A stretch of 64,000 nt of DNA from a candidate division Kazan bacterium RIFCSPHIGHO2_01_FULL_44_14. Its GTDB lineage: Bacteria > Patescibacteriota > Kazan-3B-28. Shown in pieces: positions 30,779 through 40,526 of this stretch. Position 1 is the stretch's first letter. Each line of letters opens with the position of its first letter. Under the pieces are notes generated by a model, which was not told where the DNA came from, did not search any database, and saw nothing but the letters and a program-made list of their open reading frames with translations. The DNA is taken from assembly GCA_001771185.1 (NCBI GenBank), contig METB01000001.1, positions 631,200 through 695,199 of the forward strand, in the 5' to 3' direction. A program made the position numbers and the translations under genes.

Positions 30779-31162
30779 TGTTTCCCCGAGGAACCGAGGG
30801 GGGCCGAATACTAGAAAATTTAATATGTTGCCCCGGCGAACGGAGGGGATACCTTGGATGGCTTATGGGGGATTTTTCTTATGAATGGTGGGTATATTTA
30901 GTGAGATGTCACGATAAAAGTTATTACTGTGGCATTACTACCGATTTGTATAGACGAATAGATCAGCATAATACGGGCAAGGGTGCAAAATATACGGCTG
31001 GTCGTTACCCGGTGGAATTGTTATGGAGTCGTGAATTTCCCGGCGAAGGTGAAGCCAGAAGTTTTGAACATCGTATCAAAAACTGGGGTAGAATGAAGAA
31101 GGAGAAATTGATAAGAGGAGAGATATACACATAAGGTAGCCCCTCGGTACCTCGGGGAAACA
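30779..31162. mobile_element. GIY-YIG gene bracketed by inverted family-A palindromes
   Basis: 22/23-bp inverted repeat at 30779-30801 and 31140-31162. Confidence 0.55.
30865..31134 (+). CDS. Small GIY-YIG nuclease (YhbQ/UPF0213-like)
   Basis: VYLVRC..YCGIT..RRIDQHNTGKGAKYT..E..IK. Confidence 0.9.
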   Translation: MGDFSYEWWVYLVRCHDKSYYCGITTDLYRRIDQHNTGKGAKYTAGRYPVELLWSREFPGEGEARSFEHRIKNWGRMKKEKLIRGEIYT

Positions 31163-31170
31163 ATTATTCC

Positions 31171-31851
31171 GTGATAATTTTCGATAAAATTACTAAGCAT
31201 TACGGTTCGCATAAGGCATTGGATAATGTGTCTTTTTCGATTCGGCCGCGCGAATTTGTAATCTTAGTCGGGCCATCCGGAGCTGGTAAGACCACACTAA
31301 TTAAATTATTGCTGTGCGAGGAAAAGCCAACTTTCGGCAGTATTACGATTGACGGTAAAGATATCCATTTGCTGCAAGAAAAATATATTCCATATTATCG
31401 TCGGCAAATCGGAGTGGTATTCCAAGATTTTAAACTCCTGCCCAGCCAAACGGTAGAAGAGAATGTGGCGTTTGCAATGCAGGTTTCGGGTAAGCCGGAT
31501 AGCGAAATCAACAAGGAGGTAGCAAAGATTTTGGAATTGGTGGGATTAAAGGACAAAGCCCACAATTTTCCGCGAGAGTTATCTGGCGGGGAGATTCAAC
31601 GGGTGGCAATTGCTCGGGCACTGGTGTTTCGGCCACAGTTTTTAATTGCCGATGAACCGACTGGCAACCTCGATCCAGCCAATGCTTGGGAAATCACTAA
31701 ATTGCTGTTGAAAATTAATTCTTTGGGGACCACGGTGCTGTTGGCGACCCATAATCGGGATATTGTAAACAGTATCAATAAGCGGGTCATTAACATGGAA
31801 GATGGGCGGATAGTAAAAGACAGGCGGAAAGGGAAGTATGATTACAAATAA
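31171..31851 (+). CDS. ftsE: Cell division ATP-binding protein FtsE
   Basis: GPSGAGKT, VVFQDFKLL, LSGGE, ADEPTGNLD. Confidence 0.95.
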   Translation: MIIFDKITKHYGSHKALDNVSFSIRPREFVILVGPSGAGKTTLIKLLLCEEKPTFGSITIDGKDIHLLQEKYIPYYRRQIGVVFQDFKLLPSQTVEENVAFAMQVSGKPDSEINKEVAKILELVGLKDKAHNFPRELSGGEIQRVAIARALVFRPQFLIADEPTGNLDPANAWEITKLLLKINSLGTTVLLATHNRDIVNSINKRVINMEDGRIVKDRRKGKYDYK

Positions 31852-31905
31852 TCAAATAAATCCGAAATACTAAACTCTAAATCCTAAACAAATTTCAAGC
31901 ACTAA

Positions 31906-32280
31906 ATGACAATTCTTCAAACTAATAAAGCTAGAGCGTATGATTTGGAGTCAAGAACCTTACAATTTGCTATGACTGTGAATAACTATGTCGGACGGTT
32001 ACCCCAGACGGTTGCGAATCAGGAGAATGGGCGGCAATTAATTCGTTCAGCTGGATCAGTAGGTGCTAATTATATTGAGGCCAATGAAGCGTTGAGCAAA
32101 AAAGATTTTGCCATGAGGGTAAAAATATCCAAAAAAGAAGCCAAGGAGAGTCGATTTTGGATATCTCTTACCCAGCCATCAAAAGAGGAGATAAATATAC
32201 GGGAGCACTTGATAAATGAGTCAACTGAGTTAATGAAAATTTTGGGTGCTATATTAGAGGCGTCGTTGATTCGTGTTTAA
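31906..32280 (+). CDS. Four-helix-bundle protein (23S rRNA IVS-protein/Avd-related family)
   Basis: QLIRSAGSVGANYIEA..SKKDF..KEAKES..W. Confidence 0.9.
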   Translation: MTILQTNKARAYDLESRTLQFAMTVNNYVGRLPQTVANQENGRQLIRSAGSVGANYIEANEALSKKDFAMRVKISKKEAKESRFWISLTQPSKEEINIREHLINESTELMKILGAILEASLIRV

Positions 32281-32352
32281 TATATTTTTTGTAATTTGTT
32301 ATTTAGGGCTTGTTTAGAAATTAGAAATTAGGATTTAGAATTTTTGTTGGAT

Positions 32353-33264
32353 ATGTTAATTTATTTAAATAGAATTTTGCGATCGGCGATGTCGGGTTTT
32401 AAACGCAACGGCTGGTTGTCGTTGGTGGCGGTATTTATTATGACTCAGGCCTTATTATTAATCAGTATTTTTGCGTCGTTAAATTTAGTCATTGGGGCTT
32501 CAATCCAGGCAGTAAATGAACGAATTGATGTGGCGATATTCTTTAAAGAAACAGTCAATCAGAGCGAAGCAATAACATTAAAAAGTCAGGTGGAACAAAT
32601 TGATGGGGTGAAACAAGTGATTTATGTTTCTTCTCAAGATGCATTGGCTAAGTTTTTGGCTGATCATCGCAATCGGGACTCGATTTTGGGAGTGGTGTCT
32701 AAAGATGAAAATTTCCTGCCAGCTAGTTTAGAGGTAAAAGTGACTGACCCGTATCTGATTGAGGGGATAGTTGGCCAAATTACTAAAGGTGAAGGAGGTG
32801 AGTTGATTTCACAGACCAGCTTGGAAGATAACCAAAAATTGATTGAACAGTTGCGCAATTTTGGCGGTTTTGTCCAACGATCTAGTTTACTGCTGGCATT
32901 AGCATTAATTATTATTGCGTTGTTGATTATTTTCAATACAATTCGGATTACCATTTTTACGCGAAGAGAAGAAATCGAAATCATGAAATTGGTAGGGGCA
33001 ACCGATTGGTATATCCGTTGGCCATTTATTATTGAAGGAATGCTATACGGCATAATTGCTACTGCCTTGTCGTTGGTTTTGCTGTATATCGGTTATTTGA
33101 CACTAGCCAAGCCGATGGTGGCGAATTATCTAATATCGACTACTGACAGTCCAGTGTTTACGGTTGGTTTTTTTGCTTTTTTGGCAATTTTGCAATTGGT
33201 AGTTGGGCTGGTGGTGGGCGGAGTTAGCAGTTATTGGGCTACGCGTAAACATCTTCATGTATAA
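32353..33264 (+). CDS. ftsX: Cell division permease FtsX
   Basis: RREEIEIMKLVGAT..IRWPFIIEG. Confidence 0.94.
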   Translation: MLIYLNRILRSAMSGFKRNGWLSLVAVFIMTQALLLISIFASLNLVIGASIQAVNERIDVAIFFKETVNQSEAITLKSQVEQIDGVKQVIYVSSQDALAKFLADHRNRDSILGVVSKDENFLPASLEVKVTDPYLIEGIVGQITKGEGGELISQTSLEDNQKLIEQLRNFGGFVQRSSLLLALALIIIALLIIFNTIRITIFTRREEIEIMKLVGATDWYIRWPFIIEGMLYGIIATALSLVLLYIGYLTLAKPMVANYLISTTDSPVFTVGFFAFLAILQLVVGLVVGGVSSYWATRKHLHV

Positions 33265-33387
33265 AATAATTACAAATTAAAAATTAAAAATGACAAATGA
33301 AAAATAATAATCAAAGCCCAAACTGCTTAGAAATTGGACATTAGAAATTATTTAGAAATTAGAACTTAGATATTAGAAATTTATTGT

Positions 33388-34554
33388 ATGTTGAGTTGGA
33401 AGAAGACACTTAATTGGTTGCTGGTTGTTACATGTGTGTTCAGCACTGTCGGTTTTGCGTTTGCTGATTTGTTGGGCGATAAAACGGAAGAGTTGGCAGC
33501 CCTGCAGAAACAAATTACTCAACAGCAACAGGCCCTAGATAAGGCCCGAAGTCGGAGTGCGACTTTGAAAAATCAACTGGATATTTTAGATCAGCAAATC
33601 AAAATGACCGAATTGCAGGTTCAGTCACTAACTGTGCAAATTGATAAAACAACTGCTGACATGAGCCGGATTAACCGCGATTTAGTTGATGCGGAAGTCC
33701 AAATTTATGATAGTAAAAAAATCTTGCGGGATGCGATTACCGAATCATATATGCGTCAGCAAACCGGACTGTTGGAAGTACTGTTGGGTTCATCGGACTT
33801 GTCAGATTTTATTTCGCAACTGGAATATGTCACGACCATTGAAGGACGAATTACTAATACTTTGAGCGTACTTCAGGACTTAAACGCTTCGCTAAAGGAG
33901 AGAAAAGGGGAATTGGAGACCGCTGATAAACAATTAAAGCAGTTAGCTGCCTCCAAAGCACTAGAGCAGAATAGTTTAACGGTCCAGGCCGGGGCTAAGG
34001 AAAATTTGTTGAACGATTCAAAGTTGACTGAAGCGGAATATCAAAAAAGATTATTGGATGCAGTGGCGGAAGAGGCCAGGATCCAAAATCAAATCGCCCA
34101 ACTGGCCAAAAATGTTCGCAAAGATACCCTGAACCAGGGTAAATATACTCTGCAATGGCCAATTCCATCCCGGATGATTACTGCCACTTTCCGAGACGGT
34201 GACTATTTGGCTCGGTTCAAAATCCCACATAACGCGATTGACATTGCGACACCGCAAGGGACGCCGATTAAGGCACCAGCTGATGCATTTGTACTGAAGG
34301 TAAAATTTGATGGGAGTAATGCTTATTCCTATATCATTTTGGATCATGGTAATGGGATGGTAACGGTTTATGGTCATGTTAGTGCTGTTTCGGTAGCGGT
34401 TAGTCAGTTTGTACCAGTTGGAGCAGTGATTGGTTATACCGGAGGTACCCCGGGGATGACCGGAGCCGGTTGGTTGACGACTGGACCGCATTTGCATTTT
34501 GAAGTGTGGATGAATGGAGAAGCAAAGAATGCGTTGAATTATTTAGTGGATTAG
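33388..34554 (+). CDS. Coiled-coil M23 peptidase (EnvC/CwlO-like)
   Basis: HNAID, TGPHLHFEV, N-terminal coiled coil. Confidence 0.9.
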   Translation: MLSWKKTLNWLLVVTCVFSTVGFAFADLLGDKTEELAALQKQITQQQQALDKARSRSATLKNQLDILDQQIKMTELQVQSLTVQIDKTTADMSRINRDLVDAEVQIYDSKKILRDAITESYMRQQTGLLEVLLGSSDLSDFISQLEYVTTIEGRITNTLSVLQDLNASLKERKGELETADKQLKQLAASKALEQNSLTVQAGAKENLLNDSKLTEAEYQKRLLDAVAEEARIQNQIAQLAKNVRKDTLNQGKYTLQWPIPSRMITATFRDGDYLARFKIPHNAIDIATPQGTPIKAPADAFVLKVKFDGSNAYSYIILDHGNGMVTVYGHVSAVSVAVSQFVPVGAVIGYTGGTPGMTGAGWLTTGPHLHFEVWMNGEAKNALNYLVD

Positions 34555-34563
34555 AAGCAAAAG

Positions 34564-35195
34564 AATTTCTAATTTCTAATTTCGAATCAAATCCCAATGA
34601 CTGAATGCTCCAAAATTAAGACATTAGGTAATTCATTCGACCCATTCCCGCTTTGTCTTATATTTTTTTGTCATCCTGAGCGAAGTCGAAGGATCTATCT
34701 TTCTTCTACGTCATCCTGAATTTATTTCAGGATCTATTTTTATTTTCTTTTTTCAAGCGTTCACGCCCCGCTTGACCGGGCGGTTACTTTTCTGGAAAAG
34801 TAACTCAAAAGCTTCCGCCAGTTCGTCGGGTCTATTCATTGGCAAAAGGACTGGGCGCTCCCGGCGGTATAACCGCCTCCGCCCACTAGCCCTTTTGCTC
34901 AATTCAGAACAACCCTCCTCCAATGGCCGGATAGGAGAAAGGAGAGAAGATAAACCTCGTTACGAAGGGCCAAGTTGGGATTTAGGATTTAGGGTTTGGG
35001 ATTTGTTTAGAAATTAGATATTAGGATTTAGAATTTAACCAGGATTGACTGGTTTCTTGCTACAATGTATCTGTTATACAGGGGAGCGGGTGAGTTTTGG
35101 GTATGGCATAATTGTCCAATTTGTCATTGCGAGTCCTGCTGTCCAGCAGGACGTGGCAATCTAGATTGCTTCATCGCCGACTCTTCGCAATGACG
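34564..35195. repeat. Stacked repeats: family B, GTCAT palindromes, family D (34755-34950) and a four-helix-bundle-type right arm (35003-35036)
   Basis: Direct matches to copies elsewhere in the window. Confidence 0.75.
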
Positions 35196-35217
35196 ACTAA
35201 GTAAAGTTTCTAATAAT

Positions 35218-36417
35218 ATGTCAAAACAAGTCGGGTTATATGTTGGAGGGGGAGTACTGTTGGTATTGATTTATGTATTGGGGGTGACCACCGGCTATTA
35301 TGGGCGAGTGAATTTGCAGAATTATAGTACGGTGTTTAAGCAGGAGTTGATGGGAAGGAAACTAGGGGAGACCGATTTGAATCTGCTTTGGACGGTGACT
35401 GACTTGGTGAACGAAAAATACCTTGGGCAAACTAACTACCAGGAAATGCTCTACGGCGCGATTCGAGGGGCAGTAGAGGGATTAAACGACCCGTATAGCG
35501 TATTTACTAGTCCGACTGAAAATAGTGCTTTTTTTCAGACCCTGGATGGGGTGTATGAGGGTGTGGGGGTGGAGATTAATGTAATCGAAGGTCATTTGAT
35601 AGTCATTACTCCGGTCAAGGGTTCACCGGCCGAGCGAGCGGGACTACTGCCCAAAGATGAAATTTTGGCAATTGATAATGAAAGCGTAGTTGGAATGACT
35701 TTTGGTGATGCGATTAACAAGATGAAGGGATTGGCGGGAACGACAGTTAAACTGACGGTTGGCCGCGAAGGATTGTCCAATTCTTTGGAGATTGAAATAA
35801 CTCGGGAAACGGTGCGGAGTAAGAGCGTGACGGTGGATATTGATGCGGATAAAATTGCGACCATTAACATTGCTCGATTTGCTTCGGATACCGAAGCCGG
35901 TTTCAAGTCGGCGGTGAATAGTGTAATTGCTGGTGGAGCGGTGGGATTGGTTTTGGACATGCGGAATAATCCGGGCGGATTTTTGGACGTTGGTGTAAAA
36001 GTGGCAAATGAATTTTTGGCTTCGGGGATGATAGTGGAAGAGCGGTTCAAGGATGGTAAGACCACCCCATTTTCGGCGGATGGTTCAGGGCGCCTGACAA
36101 AACTACCGGTAGTGGTATTGGTAAATGAAGGAAGTGCTAGCGCGGCCGAGATTGTAGCAGGGGCGTTGCAGGACAGTCAGCGGGCTAAAATTGTGGGGGA
36201 ACAGACCTATGGTAAGGGGAGTGTGCAAGAGGTGGACGCTTTCCCTGACGGTTCGGCTCTGCGGTTGACGGTTGCTAAATGGTACACCCCTAAAGGGCGT
36301 TCGATTAGCGATGAGGGGATTAAACCTGATAAGGTGTTAAAATGGGAGTCGAGTACTACATCAGATAATCAGCTGGAGGGGGCGAAAGAAGTATTAAAAA
36401 CCATGATAGGGAGATAG
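35218..36417 (+). CDS. S41 C-terminal processing protease
   Basis: PDZ domain, DMRNNPGG, SASAAE, GKGSVQ. Confidence 0.93.
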   Translation: MSKQVGLYVGGGVLLVLIYVLGVTTGYYGRVNLQNYSTVFKQELMGRKLGETDLNLLWTVTDLVNEKYLGQTNYQEMLYGAIRGAVEGLNDPYSVFTSPTENSAFFQTLDGVYEGVGVEINVIEGHLIVITPVKGSPAERAGLLPKDEILAIDNESVVGMTFGDAINKMKGLAGTTVKLTVGREGLSNSLEIEITRETVRSKSVTVDIDADKIATINIARFASDTEAGFKSAVNSVIAGGAVGLVLDMRNNPGGFLDVGVKVANEFLASGMIVEERFKDGKTTPFSADGSGRLTKLPVVVLVNEGSASAAEIVAGALQDSQRAKIVGEQTYGKGSVQEVDAFPDGSALRLTVAKWYTPKGRSISDEGIKPDKVLKWESSTTSDNQLEGAKEVLKTMIGR

Positions 36418-36448
36418 AATATAGAATTTGGAATTTAGAATTTTGAGT

Positions 36449-36883
36449 ATGAGAGTGATATTTTTGCAGAATGTGGCGGGAGTGGCAAAGCGGGGTGATG
36501 TAAAAGAAGTGGCCAGTGGTTATGCTCAAAACTTTTTATTGCCTAATGGTTTGGCAGAAATGGCAACTTCAGGAAGGGTGTCGGCGATGAAAGAGCAGTC
36601 CGAACAAAAAACTGCCAAGCAAGAGGCCAAGAGTGGAGAATTGGCACAGCAGGTAAGCGAGTTAGCAGGTAAGCAGGTAAGTATTAGTGTTAAGGCCAAT
36701 CCGAAGGGTGGTTTGTTTGCCATGGTGACAGCCGAGGACATTATTAAACACCTGGGAGTGAAACTTTCTCCTGACCAGATTTTTATTTTGGAACCAATTA
36801 AAAGTGTGGGTGAGCATATAGTAGAGGTGCGGGGTGGCGATGCAACTGCTAAAATAACAGTGACAGTTCAGGCAAAGGCCTGA
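36449..36883 (+). CDS. rplI: 50S ribosomal protein L9
   Basis: MRVIFL..GYAQNFLLP. Confidence 0.95.
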   Translation: MRVIFLQNVAGVAKRGDVKEVASGYAQNFLLPNGLAEMATSGRVSAMKEQSEQKTAKQEAKSGELAQQVSELAGKQVSISVKANPKGGLFAMVTAEDIIKHLGVKLSPDQIFILEPIKSVGEHIVEVRGGDATAKITVTVQAKA

Positions 36884-36947
36884 TGGAAATTACAAATTTC
36901 TAATTTTGAATTTCGAATCAATTTAAGAATGATTTAATGATGGGGGG

Positions 36948-37316
36948 ATGGTGACGCAAACACAAGTTCAATACGATTTAGAGGAGAGAACTGCTAAGTT
37001 TGGAGAAAGGGTGATTGAGTTTTGTCAAAGCATTAGGCAAGATGCAGTCGTGAAACCTCTAATTAGTCAGTTAGTGCGTTCTGGAACGAGTGTTGGGGCA
37101 AACTATATGGAAGCCAATTCGGCTAGTTCTAAAAAAGATTTTACCAACAAGATTTTTATATGTAAGAAAGAGTGTCAAGAGACCAAGCACTGGTTTCGTA
37201 TGGTTGCTAAATCCACACCGGATAGAATGGAGGATATTAGAAAGTTGTGGCAAGAAGCCCAAGAACTAACGCTTATCTTTGGTAAAATTGTTTCGTCTAT
37301 CCGTCGCCAGGATTGA
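36948..37316 (+). CDS. Four-helix-bundle protein (IVS-protein/Avd-related family)
   Basis: QLVRSGTSVGANYMEA..SKKDF..KECQETKHW. Confidence 0.9.
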   Translation: MVTQTQVQYDLEERTAKFGERVIEFCQSIRQDAVVKPLISQLVRSGTSVGANYMEANSASSKKDFTNKIFICKKECQETKHWFRMVAKSTPDRMEDIRKLWQEAQELTLIFGKIVSSIRRQD

Positions 37317-37381
37317 TTAAAAATTCTATCATTCAGATTTCACTCAAAATTCAAAATTCGTAATTAAAAATTAATAACCTC

Positions 37382-38746
37382 ATGGTTAAACAAGATGATA
37401 ATCTTATGAAAGAAATTGTAGCGCTGTGTAAACGGCGTGGTTTAATTTATCCAGGTAGTGAGATTTATGGTGGGCTGGCAAATACCTGGGATTATGGTCC
37501 GTATGGGGTTCTACTTAAAAACAATGTTAAGCAAGCGTGGTGGAAAGAAATGGTGATGAAGCGGTCTGATATTGTGGGACTGGATAGTGGAATCTTAATG
37601 AATCCAAAAGTGTGGGAGGCCAGCGGACATGTAACTAGTTTTACTGATCCGATGGTGGATTGTACTAAATGTCATAATCGTTTTAAGGAGGACTCAGTTG
37701 ATCAAGCGATTGTTATAAACGGAAAGCCGGGTTGTCCAGCTGGTGGGGAGCATGAGTTGACACCAGCGCGGCAATTCAATTTAATGTTTCAGACCCACAT
37801 TGGGCCGGTAACTGACGAAGAGAGCACGGCTTATCTCCGACCGGAAACGGCGCAGGGAATTTTTGTTAACTTTAAAAATGTATTAGACAGCACGCGAGTA
37901 AAGTTGCCGTTTGGAATTGCTCAAATAGGGAAGGCCTTCCGCAACGAGATCACGCCAGGCAATTTTACTTTTCGAACATTAGAATTCGAACAATTTGAAT
38001 TGGAATATTTTGTGTATCCCGAAACCGCGGATAAATTTTTTGCTGACTGGGCGGACGAGCGGTTGCGGTGGTATGTGGATTTAGGATTAGATAGTGCCAA
38101 AGTTCACTTGAAGGCACACGACAAAAAGGACTTGGCTCACTATGCCAGGGCGGTAACCGATATCGAGTATAAGTTTCCGTTTGGTTGGAGCGAGTTGGAG
38201 GGAATTGCTAATCGGGGCGATTACGATTTGGCTCAACATGCCGAAAGTAGTGGCGAGAATTTGGATTATACGGATGATGAGGGCAAGAAAGTAAAGCCGT
38301 ATGTAATTGAGCCGTCCGGTGGGGTAGATCGGGCCGTGCTGGCGTTCCTGGTGGATGCGTATAGGGAAGAGGAGGTGAAACCCTCCTTCGCTAAAGCTAC
38401 GGAAGGGCCGGACGAGAAGCGTATTGTACTTCGTCTTGACCCTCGCCTTGCTCCTATTAAGGCGGCTGTCTTCCCCCTCGTCCGGAAAGAACCGGTGATG
38501 GGAAAAGCTAAAGAGATTTACGAAAATTTGAAGGGAAAATGGTTTGTGGAATACGATGAATCGGGGACGGTGGGGAAGCGGTATCGTCGGCAAGATGAAA
38601 TTGGAACACCATATTGTATCACAGTGGATTTTGAGGGGCTAGAAAGTGAGCCCCAAACCGTGACAATTCGTGACCGAGATACGATGGAACAGAAGCGGAT
38701 TGTGATAGACCAAGTTGGGGAATGGTTGGCGGGAAAAATAAACTAG
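37382..38746 (+). CDS. glyQS: Glycine--tRNA ligase (single-subunit type) with an in-frame insertion
   Basis: LRPETAQG, FRNEITP, ELEGIA, RQDEIGTP. Confidence 0.96.
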   Translation: MVKQDDNLMKEIVALCKRRGLIYPGSEIYGGLANTWDYGPYGVLLKNNVKQAWWKEMVMKRSDIVGLDSGILMNPKVWEASGHVTSFTDPMVDCTKCHNRFKEDSVDQAIVINGKPGCPAGGEHELTPARQFNLMFQTHIGPVTDEESTAYLRPETAQGIFVNFKNVLDSTRVKLPFGIAQIGKAFRNEITPGNFTFRTLEFEQFELEYFVYPETADKFFADWADERLRWYVDLGLDSAKVHLKAHDKKDLAHYARAVTDIEYKFPFGWSELEGIANRGDYDLAQHAESSGENLDYTDDEGKKVKPYVIEPSGGVDRAVLAFLVDAYREEEVKPSFAKATEGPDEKRIVLRLDPRLAPIKAAVFPLVRKEPVMGKAKEIYENLKGKWFVEYDESGTVGKRYRRQDEIGTPYCITVDFEGLESEPQTVTIRDRDTMEQKRIVIDQVGEWLAGKIN

Positions 38747-38747
38747 A

Positions 38748-39395
38748 ATGATGAAATCATCTATCTTGCGGGTGGAGACAGTCAAAGGCGACAAGTATGA
38801 AAAGTACTTGCTAAAGTGCAAGAAAGAATTAGATAAATGGTTTGGGGTTAGTGTAAATATTCCACGAGTGTTGTTTGTCCAGTCGCGTAAAGAATACAAC
38901 AAGATAATGGGGTTTAAAACCGAGGCCTGGCAGGTGGGAAATAGTGAAAATGGAGTGATTTACATTTTGGACCCCAAGATTTACACCAAAGAATCCGACC
39001 ATAAAGACATTAAGCGATTTTGGCTAGTGTTAAAGCACGAATATGTTCATCTGTATTGGCACCAGATAACAAAGGCGTGGAACCCTCGGTGGCTAAACGA
39101 GGGGTTGGCCTGTTATTTGGCGGGGCAGGAGAAAAAGACACCGAGCCAGGAAGTGGTTATTGATGTGCAAGAATATTTTAGTCATGGTGGGATGTTCGTT
39201 TATGGGCTGGGATACTTTTGGGTGAATTATTTAGTAAAGAAGTTTGGTAAGACGAAATTGTTGAATTTAATTAAGAGTGTAGATGCGGATATTACTGCAA
39301 AGAAGTTTGAGGTCAAATTTAAGCGGATTTATGGGTTTGGGTTGGACAAGAAGTCACTGAAAGGTAGAATTGGCTCTAAGCAGGGTTTTTCTTGA
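38748..39395 (+). CDS. Putative zincin (peptidase MA-like) protein
   Basis: HEYVH..PRWLNEGLA. Confidence 0.7.
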   Translation: MMKSSILRVETVKGDKYEKYLLKCKKELDKWFGVSVNIPRVLFVQSRKEYNKIMGFKTEAWQVGNSENGVIYILDPKIYTKESDHKDIKRFWLVLKHEYVHLYWHQITKAWNPRWLNEGLACYLAGQEKKTPSQEVVIDVQEYFSHGGMFVYGLGYFWVNYLVKKFGKTKLLNLIKSVDADITAKKFEVKFKRIYGFGLDKKSLKGRIGSKQGFS

Positions 39396-39471
39396 CCCAG
39401 AGCGGTATTTGGTGATAGTTTATGGTCATCTAGCACTTGCTGGATGAACTTTGACTTGGAGGTGGTGGGAG

Positions 39472-39780
39472 ATGAGTTGGTCGCCAATTTGTGAATGTGG
39501 CAGACCTATCAGGGATGGTGGGGAAAAATGTTTGCTTTGTCGGAAGGCGGAGGTATTGCCACCACCGTCGGAAGTAAGTCAAAACATCAGGAAACGTGCT
39601 CGTTCGTTGGATGAAGTTCAGCGTGACGCCGAGAGTGCGGGAATCCCGATACCGGTATATAAAGGAGTTCTAATCTGCTCGGAACCAACTTGGGTGAGTT
39701 GGCTGAAGGGATTCTTTTACTTGGCAATTGCGGTATTCATCGGCTGGGTCATTTGGCAGGCCTGGCCGAAATCAGGATAA
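39472..39780 (+). CDS. Small membrane protein with N-terminal Cys motifs
   Basis: CECG..CLLC and a C-terminal TM helix; SD GGAGG. Confidence 0.5.
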   Translation: MSWSPICECGRPIRDGGEKCLLCRKAEVLPPPSEVSQNIRKRARSLDEVQRDAESAGIPIPVYKGVLICSEPTWVSWLKGFFYLAIAVFIGWVIWQAWPKSG

Positions 39781-39796
39781 GGGGGAGGTGTTTGAC

Positions 39797-39937
39797 ATGT
39801 TTTGGCATATTCTTCTTGCTCTTGTGGGTATTGTGCTCGGATTGTATATACTTGGTTGGATTTTTTATGGTCTCGGTCTGGGTCTTAGTACTTTTGTCGA
39901 TTTTTTGTGGCGATTGTTCAATTGGGACTGGGACTAG
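39797..39937 (+). CDS. Small hydrophobic membrane protein
   Basis: SD GGAGG, hydrophobic 46 aa, followed by a terminator. Confidence 0.45.
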   Translation: MFWHILLALVGIVLGLYILGWIFYGLGLGLSTFVDFLWRLFNWDWD

Positions 39938-39957
39938 GAAAACCAATTTTTGTACCT

Positions 39958-39993
39958 AACCGCTTTGACCTTGGAGGAGTCAAAGCGGTTTTT
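39958..39993 (+). terminator. Intrinsic terminator
   Basis: AACCGCTTTGAC..GTCAAAGCGGTT + T run. Confidence 0.75.
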
Positions 39994-40031
39994 TATTTGA
40001 GAGGTGATATTTGTGTGATATTCTAGAGCTA

Positions 40032-40526
40032 ATGGGGAGCCGAACAAAAAAAGTAGCTAAAAAGAACCAATCACAGCATCTGGTACCATTAGTTATTGCT
40101 ACCGCGCTTTTGCTAGTAATACTAATTCAGACCGCATCATCGGGTCGTGTTGTGGCGTGGTTTGGCAGTCCAAGCGCTTCTAGTATTGAATCACAATATG
40201 TTGGGGTGTTATTCAGCGAAAGTGGTGTTGTAGTGGAGTCAACTCAACCAAGTGTGCCGGTGGGATTGGATTTGGGTGGGAATCAAGCGGTTTTGGACGA
40301 TGTGGATTTGGTGAGCAACTCAACTGATTTGCAAATAGAGATGGCCGAACTGGATGCTAGATTGGCTAAGTTGGGTGTGGTGGCACAGACAGAAGAGTCA
40401 ACTGATTCCGAGTTGGATGATACAAGCGACGATACCGCTAACCAAGTGGACTCGGACATATCTTCATCATCCAAGCATTCACCAATTTCAAATTGGTGGG
40501 GAGATTGGTTTAGTCGAATTTTTTAA
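40032..40526 (+). CDS. Hypothetical membrane-anchored protein
   Basis: N-terminal TM helix, acidic tail. Confidence 0.55.
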   Translation: MGSRTKKVAKKNQSQHLVPLVIATALLLVILIQTASSGRVVAWFGSPSASSIESQYVGVLFSESGVVVESTQPSVPVGLDLGGNQAVLDDVDLVSNSTDLQIEMAELDARLAKLGVVAQTEESTDSELDDTSDDTANQVDSDISSSSKHSPISNWWGDWFSRIF

